Source: Nitrospirota bacterium (GTDB lineage Bacteria; Nitrospirota; UBA9217). From it: DNA of 64,000 nt. The notes beneath the pieces were generated by a model. It searched no databases, was not told the origin of the DNA, and was given only the letters and a program-made list of their open reading frames with translations. The position numbers and the translations under genes are program-made. Of the stretch, positions 1 to 9,597 are shown piece by piece. The first letter of the stretch is position 1, and each line of letters begins with the position of its first letter. The stretch spans positions 128,001 to 192,000 of the forward strand of contig CAWCKW010000003.1 in NCBI GenBank assembly GCA_963796285.1, given 5' to 3'.

Positions 1-2616
1 GCCCCGAAGCGGCGTGTTGTCGGTGTCCTCGAGGACAATATTGTTGAAGAGCGGCTTTATCAGGACCTTGATCTGCTGTTTCGCGCCTATCTCGGCGATC
101 TCGGTCTCCATGGGGGAGTACATGTAATCCCTAACCATGAGGCTCATCTTCACTTTCTGATAGGCTCTATCGGAGTTGTTCGCGATCACGACCTTTCCGA
201 GCATATGGGACCCATAATATTGATATATCGACGCGAAGATCTCGTCCGCCTCGATCCTGGTTATCGAGAGCGGCGGCACAACGAGCGGTGCCCTGGGCGT
301 CGAGGCAAAGACCACTTGGCTCGCCGGACTTTCATCGCCCTCCTTGCCCACGGCGGTGATCTGGTAATAGTAGATGGTCTGGTCCTCGAGCGGGTCGTCT
401 GTAAAAATGGTCTTGTCCGTCTCGATTACGAGCTCGAAGCCTGCGGAAAGTTGTTTGGTGCGGTACACCCGGTAATGGTTAATAAAGGGCTCAAGATTCG
501 GCAACCACGAGATCGTGATCTGTTTCTCCTGAGCCTCGGCCCTGACCCGTGTGGGAACGCCGGGAACCAGCTTTGGCGTGACGGCGGAAACGAAATCCGA
601 CAATGCGCTCTCGTACCCATCCTGTGCCTGGCTGCTCACACGGTAATGGAAGGACCGGTTGGTCTGCAGGTTCTTGTCCAGATAGAATGATGTTGTCGAC
701 GTACCGACGAGTGTGAATACCGCTGTCGGAGAATCAGCCCGGTAGATCTTATACTGCTCCAGATAGGTCTCCGTATTGCCCTTCCAGCTCACTTGGACCA
801 GGTTTGCGCGCGCCTGGGCAGACAGCTCTTTCGGGACTGCCGGTGCGTGCTTCAGCAGGAAGACCTGCACCCTGTTGTTTCCGCGGTCGCCCACGTACAG
901 CCACCGGCCCTCTTCCAGTGCCAGCCCGAGGGGCGCCCGAAACTTGCCGGGCAGGGAGCCTTCGCTCCCGAACTTTCTCAGAAACCTTCCGCTGCTGTCA
1001 AATACCTGAATGCGGGCGTTCCCCGCATCGAGCACGTACACTTCATAGTCCGGAGAGACCACGATATTTTCAGGTTCCTTGAACTCGGCGTCCTGAGTGC
1101 CGGTCTTCCCTGCTTCCCAGAGAAGTCTCCCATCGCTGTCGTACTTCGCGATCCGGTCATTCCCCCGGTCCACCACATACAGGTTCTCCGCTCCATCCAC
1201 CGCAATGTCCACGATCTCATTGAACTGGCCGGCCAGCTTTCCGTTTTTTCCGAAACTGCCGATGAAGGCACCCCTGTCATTGAAGACCTGCACGCGTTTG
1301 TTCCCGGTGTCGGCGATACAGAGGTTCCCTTTCGGGCTCACTGCGATGCCGGACGGTGTATGGAACTCGCCCTCACCGCTACCGGCCTTTCCGATCACCT
1401 GCAGGAGGTTCCCTTCGCGGCTGAACTTCTGCAGCCGATCGTTGTCCGTGTCAGCGACCCAGAAGTTCCCCTGGCCGTCCACTGCAAGCCCGCGAGGGTT
1501 CTTAAAGAACGCCGGTTTGCCGCCTCGCGAACCGATGGTGCGGACCTCGTCAGCACCCAGAGTGGAGAGGGTATCACCCAGGATGCCCCATGCGCCGTTG
1601 TTGAACGTGATCGCCACGGCCTTGCCGGGCATTTCCTTGAGAAACTCCACTGTCGGCAGCGGAGACGCCGGTGTGAGCATCGGCGCGTCGTCATGCTCCG
1701 CTGCAAACACCTGGACCGTGTTCTTACCCGCGTCGATCACCCAGATCTTTCCCTCCCGGTCAACGGTCAGCCCCGCGGCAACATAGAACTGTCCGTGGCC
1801 ATCGCCCGCGGAACCGCTTGAACAGACCGGGTTCCCCTGGCCATCGAACTTTTTGATCTTGAAGTTGCCCGTGTCCGCAACATAGATGTTCCCGCGGACA
1901 TCCACGGCAACGCCCTGAGGCTTATCGAATCCTGCCATGCTGCTCCCCCGGGAATCGAATGCCACGGCCTGCGTGCCGGAGGGTTCGAACACGCGCACCA
2001 TGTTTTTACCTGCATCGAGCACATAGACGCGGTTCTGGACATCCACGGCCACTCCTACCGGAGACTTCATTTCGGATTTCGCGATCTTCGCCGCGATCTG
2101 AGTCATGAAAATGCCGTCAGCTGTCAGCACCTGAACGCGGCTGTTGCCGGTATCGGCGATGTAGACCAGTCCGCTCGACACAGCGATCCCGATGGGCGAG
2201 CTGAACTCGCGGGGCCCGCCGCCTTTGGCGCCGAAACTGCGGAGCCATTTCCCTTCCCCGTCGAAAACCTGCACGCGGTTGTTGCCGGTGTCCGCAACGT
2301 AGACGCGGCCGCGCCCGTCGATCGCGATCCCCGCAGGCGATCTGAACTGGCCGGGCTTGCTCCCTTTGCTGCCCCAGGTCGAGACGGTATTGCCGTCCTG
2401 GTCCAGTTCCACGATCCGGTGACCGTCGGTATCTGCAACGTACAGGCGGTGTCCGTAAACAGCCAGAGCGCGGGGTCCGTTGAATTGACGCTGCTTCGCC
2501 TGACCACCCATCTCGCCGATCTCGCGCACGAACTCCATCTGCTGGTATGCAGACGCCGGGACCGCAGACAGCAGAGAGAGCAGACAGATGAAGACAATAT
2601 GCAGAACTGCCGCCAT
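1..2616 (-). CDS. Exported NHL-repeat (beta-propeller) + fibronectin type III protein, 3' end outside window
   Basis: Not in the ORF track because it runs off the edge. Hand translation from ATG 2616 (AGGAGG RBS): signal peptide MAAVLHIVFICLLSLLSAVPASA, repeated NHL motifs (QFRSPAGIAIDGRGRVYVADTGNNRVQVFD), then FN3 motifs (VQVSWKGNTETYLEQYKIYRA). Same frame reads sensibly at position 1. Confidence 0.85.
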   Translation of the reverse strand, partial: MAAVLHIVFICLLSLLSAVPASAYQQMEFVREIGEMGGQAKQRQFNGPRALAVYGHRLYVADTDGHRIVELDQDGNTVSTWGSKGSKPGQFRSPAGIAIDGRGRVYVADTGNNRVQVFDGEGKWLRSFGAKGGGPREFSSPIGIAVSSGLVYIADTGNSRVQVLTADGIFMTQIAAKIAKSEMKSPVGVAVDVQNRVYVLDAGKNMVRVFEPSGTQAVAFDSRGSSMAGFDKPQGVAVDVRGNIYVADTGNFKIKKFDGQGNPVCSSGSAGDGHGQFYVAAGLTVDREGKIWVIDAGKNTVQVFAAEHDDAPMLTPASPLPTVEFLKEMPGKAVAITFNNGAWGILGDTLSTLGADEVRTIGSRGGKPAFFKNPRGLAVDGQGNFWVADTDNDRLQKFSREGNLLQVIGKAGSGEGEFHTPSGIAVSPKGNLCIADTGNKRVQVFNDRGAFIGSFGKNGKLAGQFNEIVDIAVDGAENLYVVDRGNDRIAKYDSDGRLLWEAGKTGTQDAEFKEPENIVVSPDYEVYVLDAGNARIQVFDSSGRFLRKFGSEGSLPGKFRAPLGLALEEGRWLYVGDRGNNRVQVFLLKHAPAVPKELSAQARANLVQVSWKGNTETYLEQYKIYRADSPTAVFTLVGTSTTSFYLDKNLQTNRSFHYRVSSQAQDGYESALSDFVSAVTPKLVPGVPTRVRAEAQEKQITISWLPNLEPFINHYRVYRTKQLSAGFELVIETDKTIFTDDPLEDQTIYYYQITAVGKEGDESPASQVVFASTPRAPLVVPPLSITRIEADEIFASIYQYYGSHMLGKVVIANNSDRAYQKVKMSLMVRDYMYSPMETEIAEIGAKQQIKVLIKPLFNNIVLEDTDNTPLRG

Positions 2617-2740
2617 GTGCAAGCCTCCTGAAAAACCACTGCAGTATAACACAGGGCCCGCGAGCGGAACAATGAATAATGTTTCCATCCATCAATCGCC
2701 GGCGGCAGTTCGGGCAATATTCCCTGCGAACGATTTTCCT

Positions 2741-2769
2741 TTGACTTTCTTGCCATATTCAGGTATTTT
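2741..2769 (+). promoter_or_regulatory. Putative sigma-70 promoter for the beta-helix/CFI-box gene
   Basis: TTGACT-17 nt-TATTTT, 40 nt upstream of ATG 2809. Confidence 0.45.
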
Positions 2770-2808
2770 CGTATAGGAATTCACGCCATACTCGAGAGGT
2801 CCATTATC

Positions 2809-4644
2809 ATGAAATCGATAAAATCCATGTTACTGGTCTTGACCGCAGCGCTCATCCTCCATTCGACACTTGCCCTGAATATGGCCCAGGCATCGGATAC
2901 AACGCTATCCGTCAAGAAAGACGATGCAACATGCGATCAATCCGCCACGACGTGCTTCACGACCATTCAGGCTGCCCTAGACTATGCGAACAATATCATC
3001 ACCTCTACGACCGGCACCACAGCCACCTTTTCCATACAGGTGGAAGCGGGAACGTATAACGAATCAGTTACTCTGGGCACCGGGATTACGTCGCTCAGGG
3101 GCAGAGAAACCGCAAGGACCATCCTGAGCGGCGGCGGGAGCGGAACCCTTATCTCAGTAAGCGGTGGGAATCCCATTATTTTCAACCTTTCCTTCCAGAA
3201 CGCGCAAATTGGGATCGGCATCACCAACAACGCAACCGCCACGATAAAGAACAATATCTTCAATCTTGGGTCGAGCGGGACGGCTGTTCAATTAACTCAA
3301 AGCACTGCTCAAACCAGCATCACGAACAATACCTTCTATATCAATAATGTTGCGATCAGCAGTTCCATTGATCTACCGGTAAAAAACAATATCTTTTCCT
3401 CCAACACCACCGCGCTTTCGCCGCTGACGGTCTTTACCACGACAAATGTCACCTATAATGATTTTTTCCCGTCAAATGCCACAGACCCGTTGAACGGCCA
3501 GGCGAGCGACACTCATGGTAATATTTCGAGCGATCCACTTTTCGTTGACGCGGCAAATGGGGATTTTCATCTCAAGGCGGGCTCACCCTGCATTAACAGC
3601 GGATTGGATTCGTCAGCTATTGATATGGGCGTATACGGTGGTTCGTCCGCGGACACGATACCGTTTATGGTGTCCGGGGTGGCCAGCTCTCTGGATACGA
3701 CAACGAATATCATCTCAGTGAGCTGGAATGCAAATAACAGTTATCTTGTGACAGGTTACCGGGTCTATTACGGGGCCACATCCGGCGTCTATACCGGCAC
3801 TGGCGCAACAGAAGGCATATCCCCGATAAGTATTCCGTCCGCTGCGACAACTTCCGCAACATTAAGCGGTCTGATCTCGGGCGTCACCACCACCCCCGCA
3901 AACCCGACGCTCACCTCGGTTTCCCCGCTTAACGAAAGCCTCGCTTTGAGCTGGGATGCCGTTGACGGAGCTACGGGTTACCGGATCTACTACGGCACGT
4001 CTTCTCCGCCGAGCACGACTATCGACGTCGGCAATACAACAACTTATACTCTGTCCGGTCTTACGAACGGCCAAACATACTTCGTTGCGGTGTCGGCCAT
4101 TGCCCAGCCCACAACCTATATTGCAGTGACCGCTATTGACAGTACCGGCCCCTACGACCCCGGCATAGGTCACGAAAGCGCTTATTCCCTGGAATCGAGC
4201 GTAAGCTTCGGTAGCGCCATGGAAAGCGGCCTTTCGAACATCTTGAGTGATTTTCCCGAGGCCCTCGTGGCATATCCGAACCTTACGAGCCAGGGCCCGC
4301 ATTGCTTTATCGCGACAGCGGCCTTTGGATATTATTCAGCGCCGGAGGTGCAGGCACTGCGCGAATTCCGCGACCGTTATCTGCTCACGAACAGCGCAGG
4401 CAGCGCATTCGTCAAGTGGTATTACGAGCACGGCCCGGTTGCCGCTGCCTATATCGACGCCCACCCGGCATATAAGCCCGTGATCAGGGCAGCGCTGATG
4501 CCCGCGGTCGGCGCGGCGCTCTTAATGACAAGAACATCGTTCTTCATCAAGACTCTCGTTGCCCTGTTCATCCTGACGATTGCTCTCACGATGGCGTATC
4601 GTTCTTCCAGAAAGAAACTTTCCGGTTCGGGAGGGTCCCTGTGA
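2809..4644 (+). CDS. Surface protein: right-handed beta-helix + FN3 domains + CFI-box-CTERM
   Basis: Signal peptide; TIQAALD/IKNNIF/ITNNTF/DPLFVD..DFHLKAGSPCI beta-helix motifs; FN3 (LSWDAVDGATGYRIYYG..YTLSGLTNGQTYFVAVSA); C-terminal HCFIATAAFG..LREFRDRYL..FVKWYY then TM segment and basic tail. Confidence 0.85.
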   Translation: MKSIKSMLLVLTAALILHSTLALNMAQASDTTLSVKKDDATCDQSATTCFTTIQAALDYANNIITSTTGTTATFSIQVEAGTYNESVTLGTGITSLRGRETARTILSGGGSGTLISVSGGNPIIFNLSFQNAQIGIGITNNATATIKNNIFNLGSSGTAVQLTQSTAQTSITNNTFYINNVAISSSIDLPVKNNIFSSNTTALSPLTVFTTTNVTYNDFFPSNATDPLNGQASDTHGNISSDPLFVDAANGDFHLKAGSPCINSGLDSSAIDMGVYGGSSADTIPFMVSGVASSLDTTTNIISVSWNANNSYLVTGYRVYYGATSGVYTGTGATEGISPISIPSAATTSATLSGLISGVTTTPANPTLTSVSPLNESLALSWDAVDGATGYRIYYGTSSPPSTTIDVGNTTTYTLSGLTNGQTYFVAVSAIAQPTTYIAVTAIDSTGPYDPGIGHESAYSLESSVSFGSAMESGLSNILSDFPEALVAYPNLTSQGPHCFIATAAFGYYSAPEVQALREFRDRYLLTNSAGSAFVKWYYEHGPVAAAYIDAHPAYKPVIRAALMPAVGAALLMTRTSFFIKTLVALFILTIALTMAYRSSRKKLSGSGGSL

Positions 4645-5279
4645 AAAAGATCATACTGCTTTTACTCGCTCTTACTGTACCGGCAGTTGCATATGCCGAG
4701 GAGCCGCTCCTTGCACGTCCCTACTGGTCGCTGGAACTAAAGGGAGGCATGTTCGCCCCGGCCCTTGGAGACTGGTCGACGTACTACGGCAAGAAAGACA
4801 TGCCGGAGTATGCAGGAACGCTGGCGTACAAGATCCTGCGCCAGGTCGAGATTGGGGTCGGCGGGGGGATGGCCAAAGACAGAGGCCAGGCCACCGCGCC
4901 GATCCATGGTACCTTATCTGGAGAAGTCTCCTACAAGGTGACTCCGCTCAACGTCTTTGTTCTGGTGCGCGGTATTATAACTGAAAATCAATGGGTGGTG
5001 CCGTACATCGGCGGCGGCTGGACCAGAATGTATTACCGCCAGACGGTCGAGAGCCAGGGGCAGGCGCGCGGCTCCGCGGACGGCTACCATATAAGGGGAG
5101 GCCTGCAGCTTTCCCTGGACAATCTCGACGAGAGCGCGGCTGACAACTTATACAGTGAAGATGGTGTATACCACACCTATTTCTTTGTCGAGGTCGAACG
5201 GACGAAGGCGAAGGTCAAATCCTTGTCAGTGGATCTCGGCGGCACCGCTTATCTGATGGGACTGCTGTTCGAGTTTTAA
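4641..5279 (+). CDS. Outer-membrane beta-barrel protein, MXAN_2562-like
   Basis: GTGA overlap with the upstream gene; signal peptide; PYIGGG; GGLQLSLDNLDESAADNLYSEDGVYHTYFFVEV; C-terminal FEF beta-signal. Confidence 0.75.
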   Translation: MKKIILLLLALTVPAVAYAEEPLLARPYWSLELKGGMFAPALGDWSTYYGKKDMPEYAGTLAYKILRQVEIGVGGGMAKDRGQATAPIHGTLSGEVSYKVTPLNVFVLVRGIITENQWVVPYIGGGWTRMYYRQTVESQGQARGSADGYHIRGGLQLSLDNLDESAADNLYSEDGVYHTYFFVEVERTKAKVKSLSVDLGGTAYLMGLLFEF

Positions 5280-5289
5280 AGACAGCGCA

Positions 5290-5908
5290 GAATGCGGATG
5301 AGCCTTTCGCACGATCCCCCTGGTAGAGCGTTCGTACGCGATTATCCTGTAATGTATGGGGCTCACTGCTGAGGTGATTCGAATGCAGTTGCCGAACTTT
5401 TTAAAGCTTCCCATCAATCCTGCCGATATAATCCTTTCTGTGGGCAACCCTGCTTACACCTGTCCTTTCCGGAAGCAATCATGCACGGATAAACCCGCAA
5501 TACTGCCGATACGAAAAGCCTGCGGATCAATGACGACTATTTTGAGCTCATCGTCTGGTGTGCCATGGACCGGAGAGTGAACGGGTTTCAGGGATCGAAT
5601 ATGCATTGACATGGGTAAGGGGATATGGGATGGACCATCACCGGATCGACAGCGATGAAGCATCACTGCTAAAGGACATGAAACCGGTCCTGATCCCCGA
5701 CGGTACCGTGCCTTATGACAAACTTGAGCTGCTCTTCACGGAACGAGGTATGAATATTGAACATGAGCTTTATACACTGGTGCGGCGGAAGTTATCGGAG
5801 AACAGGGGTGCGGTTGATGCGGGATCATTCTCTGATCGAGGATTGTATCTCGTTACCCGGAGGCTGCCGTGTCAACACGGCAATACGCTTGATCCTATTA
5901 GAACATAG
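5290..5908 (+). pseudogene. Possible degraded coding sequence (SAM-methyltransferase-like fragments)
   Basis: Short broken ORFs; ADIILSVGNP weakly resembles the methyltransferase DAVICMGNS motif; no intact frame. Confidence 0.2.
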
Positions 5909-6489
5909 CTGATATCTTCAGCTTGCGCAGCCATACCGGCAGTTGACTGATCCGCTTATTTGAACCTGCTTTCCATTTTTTCTGACCATAGTGATGATGT
6001 CCTCGGTTCGGGGAAGATCCGATGACGGGGATGACGTAATGAGACCGCCAGTCTTCTTTCCCGACCTACACTCCTGGAGCAGGTCTGCACGTAATTTTGA
6101 ACCGGTCATTCCCCTCCCCTGCAAGGCAGCGGTCTTTTGTCTGTTCCACATGATCGATGAACCTAAAAAACAGCTGTTGATCACACAAAGCCGCCCCGAT
6201 AGAGCCAATCGATCGCAGGCTCCGAACGCAAAGAAAATCAACTCCTACTGCTGTAAAAGACCTTGCCCTTTTGATGTACTGATTTATCAGATCAAGTCTT
6301 TTATTTTTCTCTGGGTTCTCTTTGATTTCTGCGGCCAGTTGCTTTTTTAGGCTGAAGACCCCTTCTCGTGGAGATGACGACAGCTCGTAGGGTCGTATCG
6401 AGAATTTCAGGTTTTCCTGCCGTCCGTTCACAATGGCTGACAGTTCCTCACTCGTTCCCTCGCACGCGGTAAGGCCTGCTTGTCGCCCC

Positions 6490-6660
6490 TCACCAGCAAA
6501 AGACCTTGTCACTGGTGAACACGTCCGTCACGAGTTTATCGTATGCAATACCGCCTTGGGTAAGATCGATGATCTTCGATTGATTGCCCGACGCCTGCGC
6601 CTCAATTATCTTCTTCGTGCTTGCGTCCGGCGCTTTTTTCACAATATGCAGAATTTTCAT
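6490..6660 (-). CDS. Small DsrH/TusB-like protein
   Basis: 56 aa MKILHIV...YDKLVTDVFTSDKVFCW; C-terminus resembles TusB/DsrH; GAAGGGGG RBS; third gene of a DsrE-like triad. Confidence 0.65.
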   Translation of the reverse strand: MKILHIVKKAPDASTKKIIEAQASGNQSKIIDLTQGGIAYDKLVTDVFTSDKVFCW

Positions 6661-6678
6661 GGTGCGGTCCCCCTTCAC

Positions 6679-6957
6679 TTAGTACGGCACCACAAGGTCA
6701 TACTCTAGGAGTTTCTTTGCCATCTCCTCAAGGGTGATCGTTGTGAAGCCGTTTTCCGGATTATTGGAGTACATCTTCAACTCAAGTTCCGTGGCCAGCT
6801 CGAACGGCTGCGCTATCTCCGGATCGTTCTTGTCGAGCTTACGGTCGAGGACAAAGATCTCAATGGTATCGTCCGCAAGCGTGAGCCCGCCCGCAACACG
6901 GAGGGCCTCACTCGGCCTGTCTCTCACGATAACGGCTATTCTTTTTGTGTCTCCCAT
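6679..6957 (-). CDS. DsrF/TusC-like protein
   Basis: KRIAVIVRDRPSEALRVAGGL..IEIFV..ITLEEMAKKLLEYDLVVPY; AAGGAG RBS; no Cys. Confidence 0.65.
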   Translation of the reverse strand: MGDTKRIAVIVRDRPSEALRVAGGLTLADDTIEIFVLDRKLDKNDPEIAQPFELATELELKMYSNNPENGFTTITLEEMAKKLLEYDLVVPY

Positions 6958-6969
6958 GGTCACACTCCT

Positions 6970-7275
6970 TTAAAATATCAGTACTCGCTCATTGTCATGC
7001 AGCATGCCGGCGTTGTTGTACTGGCTGCCGTACGATATTCCCTCGGTCTTGTCATGGACCCCGACCCGCTCGCAGCTGTGGTCGCAGACCGAGATCTCGA
7101 CGCCGTCAACCTTGAGCAGTTCCAGAAATTTCGGGTCACGGGAGAATTTCACTCCCTCGTCGGTCATGAAAATCTGGACCGGATGCCCTGCTGCCCGGGC
7201 TGCCTTGGTAACGCCGATGATATGCTCCAGGTTCGCATACTGTGTGACCATGATGCCCAGCTTCGCACTTGCCAT
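6970..7275 (-). CDS. DsrE/TusD-family sulfurtransferase
   Basis: VQIFMTDEGV motif and ISVCDHSC with Cys at the active position; GAGGAGGTG RBS. Confidence 0.8.
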   Translation of the reverse strand: MASAKLGIMVTQYANLEHIIGVTKAARAAGHPVQIFMTDEGVKFSRDPKFLELLKVDGVEISVCDHSCERVGVHDKTEGISYGSQYNNAGMLHDNERVLIF

Positions 7276-7386
7276 ATGTATCACCTCCTCTCAAACAGAT
7301 TAAAGCAACTATACCAAAAAAAGCGTATAGAGGACTGAACGCATAGATCTCTGGATTTGTAACACTTGTTTTACTCATATTCAAGC

Positions 7387-7425
7387 AAAAAAGAGAGCCG
7401 GGCAGGAATCCCCACCCGGCCCTGC
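7387..7425 (-). terminator. Intrinsic terminator after yeeE
   Basis: GCCGGG..CCCGGC stem followed by TCTCTTTTTT on the minus strand. Confidence 0.6.
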
Positions 7426-7441
7426 TGGTAATCGTCGAACG

Positions 7442-8527
7442 CTACACGTCCATATCCTGCATCGGCTTGATGAGCAGGAAGTAAACCATGGTCCAGTTGC
7501 CGAGAATGATAAAGGCGTTTGCCACCCAGCTTGATACCGCAAGGGTGGACACGCCGGTCAGGCTGTGTCCGATGTTACAGCCGCCGCCGAGCTGCGCGCC
7601 TACTCCCATGACGAATCCGCCAAACATCACCTTCAGGAGTTCATCGGCAGGCGGGACCTTGAGCTTCACTTCGTTCATGAACTTGCCGCTGATATATGCG
7701 CCGATCGGCACCGTAAGCACGTAGAAGGCGCTCCAGGACATCGTTATACCGAGGATCGACGTGGACTCGGCTGCAGGGACCTTGGAGTCCCCGAAGAACA
7801 CCCCGAGAAAAAACTCGCGGACCGGACCGGTGAACGAGAGCCCGCGGGCCCTGCCCGTAAAGTAGCCGGACGCCCAGAATGCCGCTATGGCTATGACGCC
7901 GACGAGGAGGCCGGCGAGGGACCAGGAATACCCCTTTTTCGCCTTCTGGAACGGCTTGCCCTGGAACACAAAGTAGAGGATCGGTATGGTGACCACCGCG
8001 ATGACGATCCACTTGTTGATACCGATGATATTGTAGAGCGTCGGGACGGTGTCTTCGCCGACGGACACCTGATAGTTCGTCAATGCATCGAAAACCGGCT
8101 TCAGAAAGCCGAACCTCATCACGACAATGCCGAAGATGAAACCGCAGACCGCCATCACATAGGCGAGGTTCCCTTCACCCACACGGTACAGGATGCCGCT
8201 GCCGCAGCCGCCGGCAAGCACAATGCCCATGCCGAAGATGAATCCGCCGATGATGTTCGCGAAGGGCGCAAAGCCCTGGCGGTACAGCTCGACCGGCGCC
8301 ATGACCCCGGCCTCGTTGACGTGCTGGATCCACCCCATATCTTCGATCAGATTAGCCCCAATCATCGTGACCGCTACAGCGAGCAGATACGCGCGGAGCA
8401 TCGTGTAGTCCTGAAAGAGCACCTCACGAAACGCGGAGTTCACGCAGAACCTGCCGCGCTGCAGAGCAAATCCGAATGCCGCGCCGATGAGCAGACCGGA
8501 CACGATAAACGCTATCATAGAAACCAT
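7442..8527 (-). CDS. yeeE: YeeE/YedE (TsuA) family sulfur-compound/thiosulfate transporter
   Basis: Multi-TM; LQRGRFC, LAGGCGSG and LGGGCNIGH conserved Cys motifs. Confidence 0.92.
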   Translation of the reverse strand: MVSMIAFIVSGLLIGAAFGFALQRGRFCVNSAFREVLFQDYTMLRAYLLAVAVTMIGANLIEDMGWIQHVNEAGVMAPVELYRQGFAPFANIIGGFIFGMGIVLAGGCGSGILYRVGEGNLAYVMAVCGFIFGIVVMRFGFLKPVFDALTNYQVSVGEDTVPTLYNIIGINKWIVIAVVTIPILYFVFQGKPFQKAKKGYSWSLAGLLVGVIAIAAFWASGYFTGRARGLSFTGPVREFFLGVFFGDSKVPAAESTSILGITMSWSAFYVLTVPIGAYISGKFMNEVKLKVPPADELLKVMFGGFVMGVGAQLGGGCNIGHSLTGVSTLAVSSWVANAFIILGNWTMVYFLLIKPMQDMDV

Positions 8528-8603
8528 TCTTCCCCCTCCTTAGAATGTTCCCCCTATGGTTTTGTGCAAATGGTCCACTTCCCCGGGTGGTCCCTTGCAG
8601 CTG

Positions 8604-8852
8604 TTACGACTTCTTGATGTAGATCTCCCACATGCCCTTGTCCTCGATCTTCACGGTCTCGATGGCCAGGTTGTTTTTTTCGCAGTACCGCGGAATGCTG
8701 TCCTCGGCCGATGCCGGGGCGTCGCAGAGCACCTTGATCGTCTGGCCGCTTGAGAGCTTCTCGATCGCCTTCTTGGTAAGGAGCAGCGGATAGGGGCACA
8801 CCCTTCCGAGTGTGTCCAGTGTCTGGTCTGGTGTTGCAGTCTTGATTGACAT
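8604..8852 (-). CDS. tusA: TusA/SirA (YeeD-like) sulfur carrier
   Basis: LDTLGRVCPYPLLLTKKA (CPxP motif), 82 aa; AAGGAGG RBS before ATG 8852. Confidence 0.9.
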   Translation of the reverse strand: MSIKTATPDQTLDTLGRVCPYPLLLTKKAIEKLSSGQTIKVLCDAPASAEDSIPRYCEKNNLAIETVKIEDKGMWEIYIKKS

Positions 8853-9045
8853 GTGAGTCCTCCTTGAGCGAAGTAAGAAAATTCGGGTCATTCACGAAAA
8901 CGACCCGTTGATGATAAGCCGTGATACGCATAATACGACGGTATGAGGCGTTTTGAACCGGATATCACCTCCTCATGTGTAAACTGGAACTAACCATGAA
9001 GTCCGTCCTGAGCGTAAACAGGGAACGGTGTGGAGCAAGTGTAGT

Positions 9046-9074
9046 AACTTAGCAAAAACCGCGTTTCCTGTCAA
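9046..9074 (-). promoter_or_regulatory. Sigma-70 promoter of tusA-yeeE with ~190-nt structured leader
   Basis: TTGACA-17 nt-TAAGTT with extended TG motif on the minus strand. Confidence 0.6.
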
Positions 9075-9151
9075 GACTCCTTTTTACGATTTCACGCCTT
9101 TGCCACAGTGAAATCCTCTATTTGATATTATTATGACCTTGCATGAATCGC

Positions 9152-9538
9152 TTATAGCAGCGACAAGAGGGTCAGTGCGATGACGAGGGCGAGCAGGCCG
9201 AAGGCAACGAGTACGGGGATTTTCCTCTCCCGGAGCCCGGCTGATGGAGACCTGTCGAGGAACGGCGTTAGCAACAGTGCGCTGAACGCGAGACCCGGCA
9301 GCAACACGGCGCCAACAAACGTCCATCCGCCGGAAAAGTACTTGGTGAGCTGATACAGAAAAAGAAAATACCATTCAGGCCGCGGGCTGTACTGGGCGGA
9401 GAAGTCTATCTCCCTGCCGATCGGCGGCGGAAACAGGACGGCGAGGAGCAGCACCGCCTCGACCGTGAACATTGCCACGAGCATGATCTCGAAAAAGGAA
9501 TAGGGATAGAATTTTTTATCGTTTTTACTATCTGGCAT
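9152..9538 (-). CDS. petD: Cytochrome b6-type complex subunit IV (cytochrome b C-terminal half)
   Basis: PRPEWYFLFLYQL Qo-site motif, PFLDR, 3 TM; start could be 9577. Confidence 0.85.
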   Translation of the reverse strand: MPDSKNDKKFYPYSFFEIMLVAMFTVEAVLLLAVLFPPPIGREIDFSAQYSPRPEWYFLFLYQLTKYFSGGWTFVGAVLLPGLAFSALLLTPFLDRSPSAGLRERKIPVLVAFGLLALVIALTLLSLL

Positions 9539-9597
9539 GCCAATCCTGTGTGAAGCAAAATACGGTTCGTGGAGCATTCGCCTGACTACTCCTGACG

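Noticed and set aside
205-2756. Several track ORFs (793..1821+, 205..690+, 2117..2695-, 2124..2756-)
   Set aside because: Antisense or off-frame shadows of the NHL/FN3 gene that runs off the window
5918-6480. ORFs 5918..6241-, 5991..6350+ and 6066..6512-; faint ArsR-like fragments
   Set aside because: No RBS or coherent motif; too weak to call
6490-8852. Selenocysteine read-through in the sulfur-relay genes
   Set aside because: Active positions are Cys codons; the TGA at 6490 follows a normal-looking C-terminus with no credible extension
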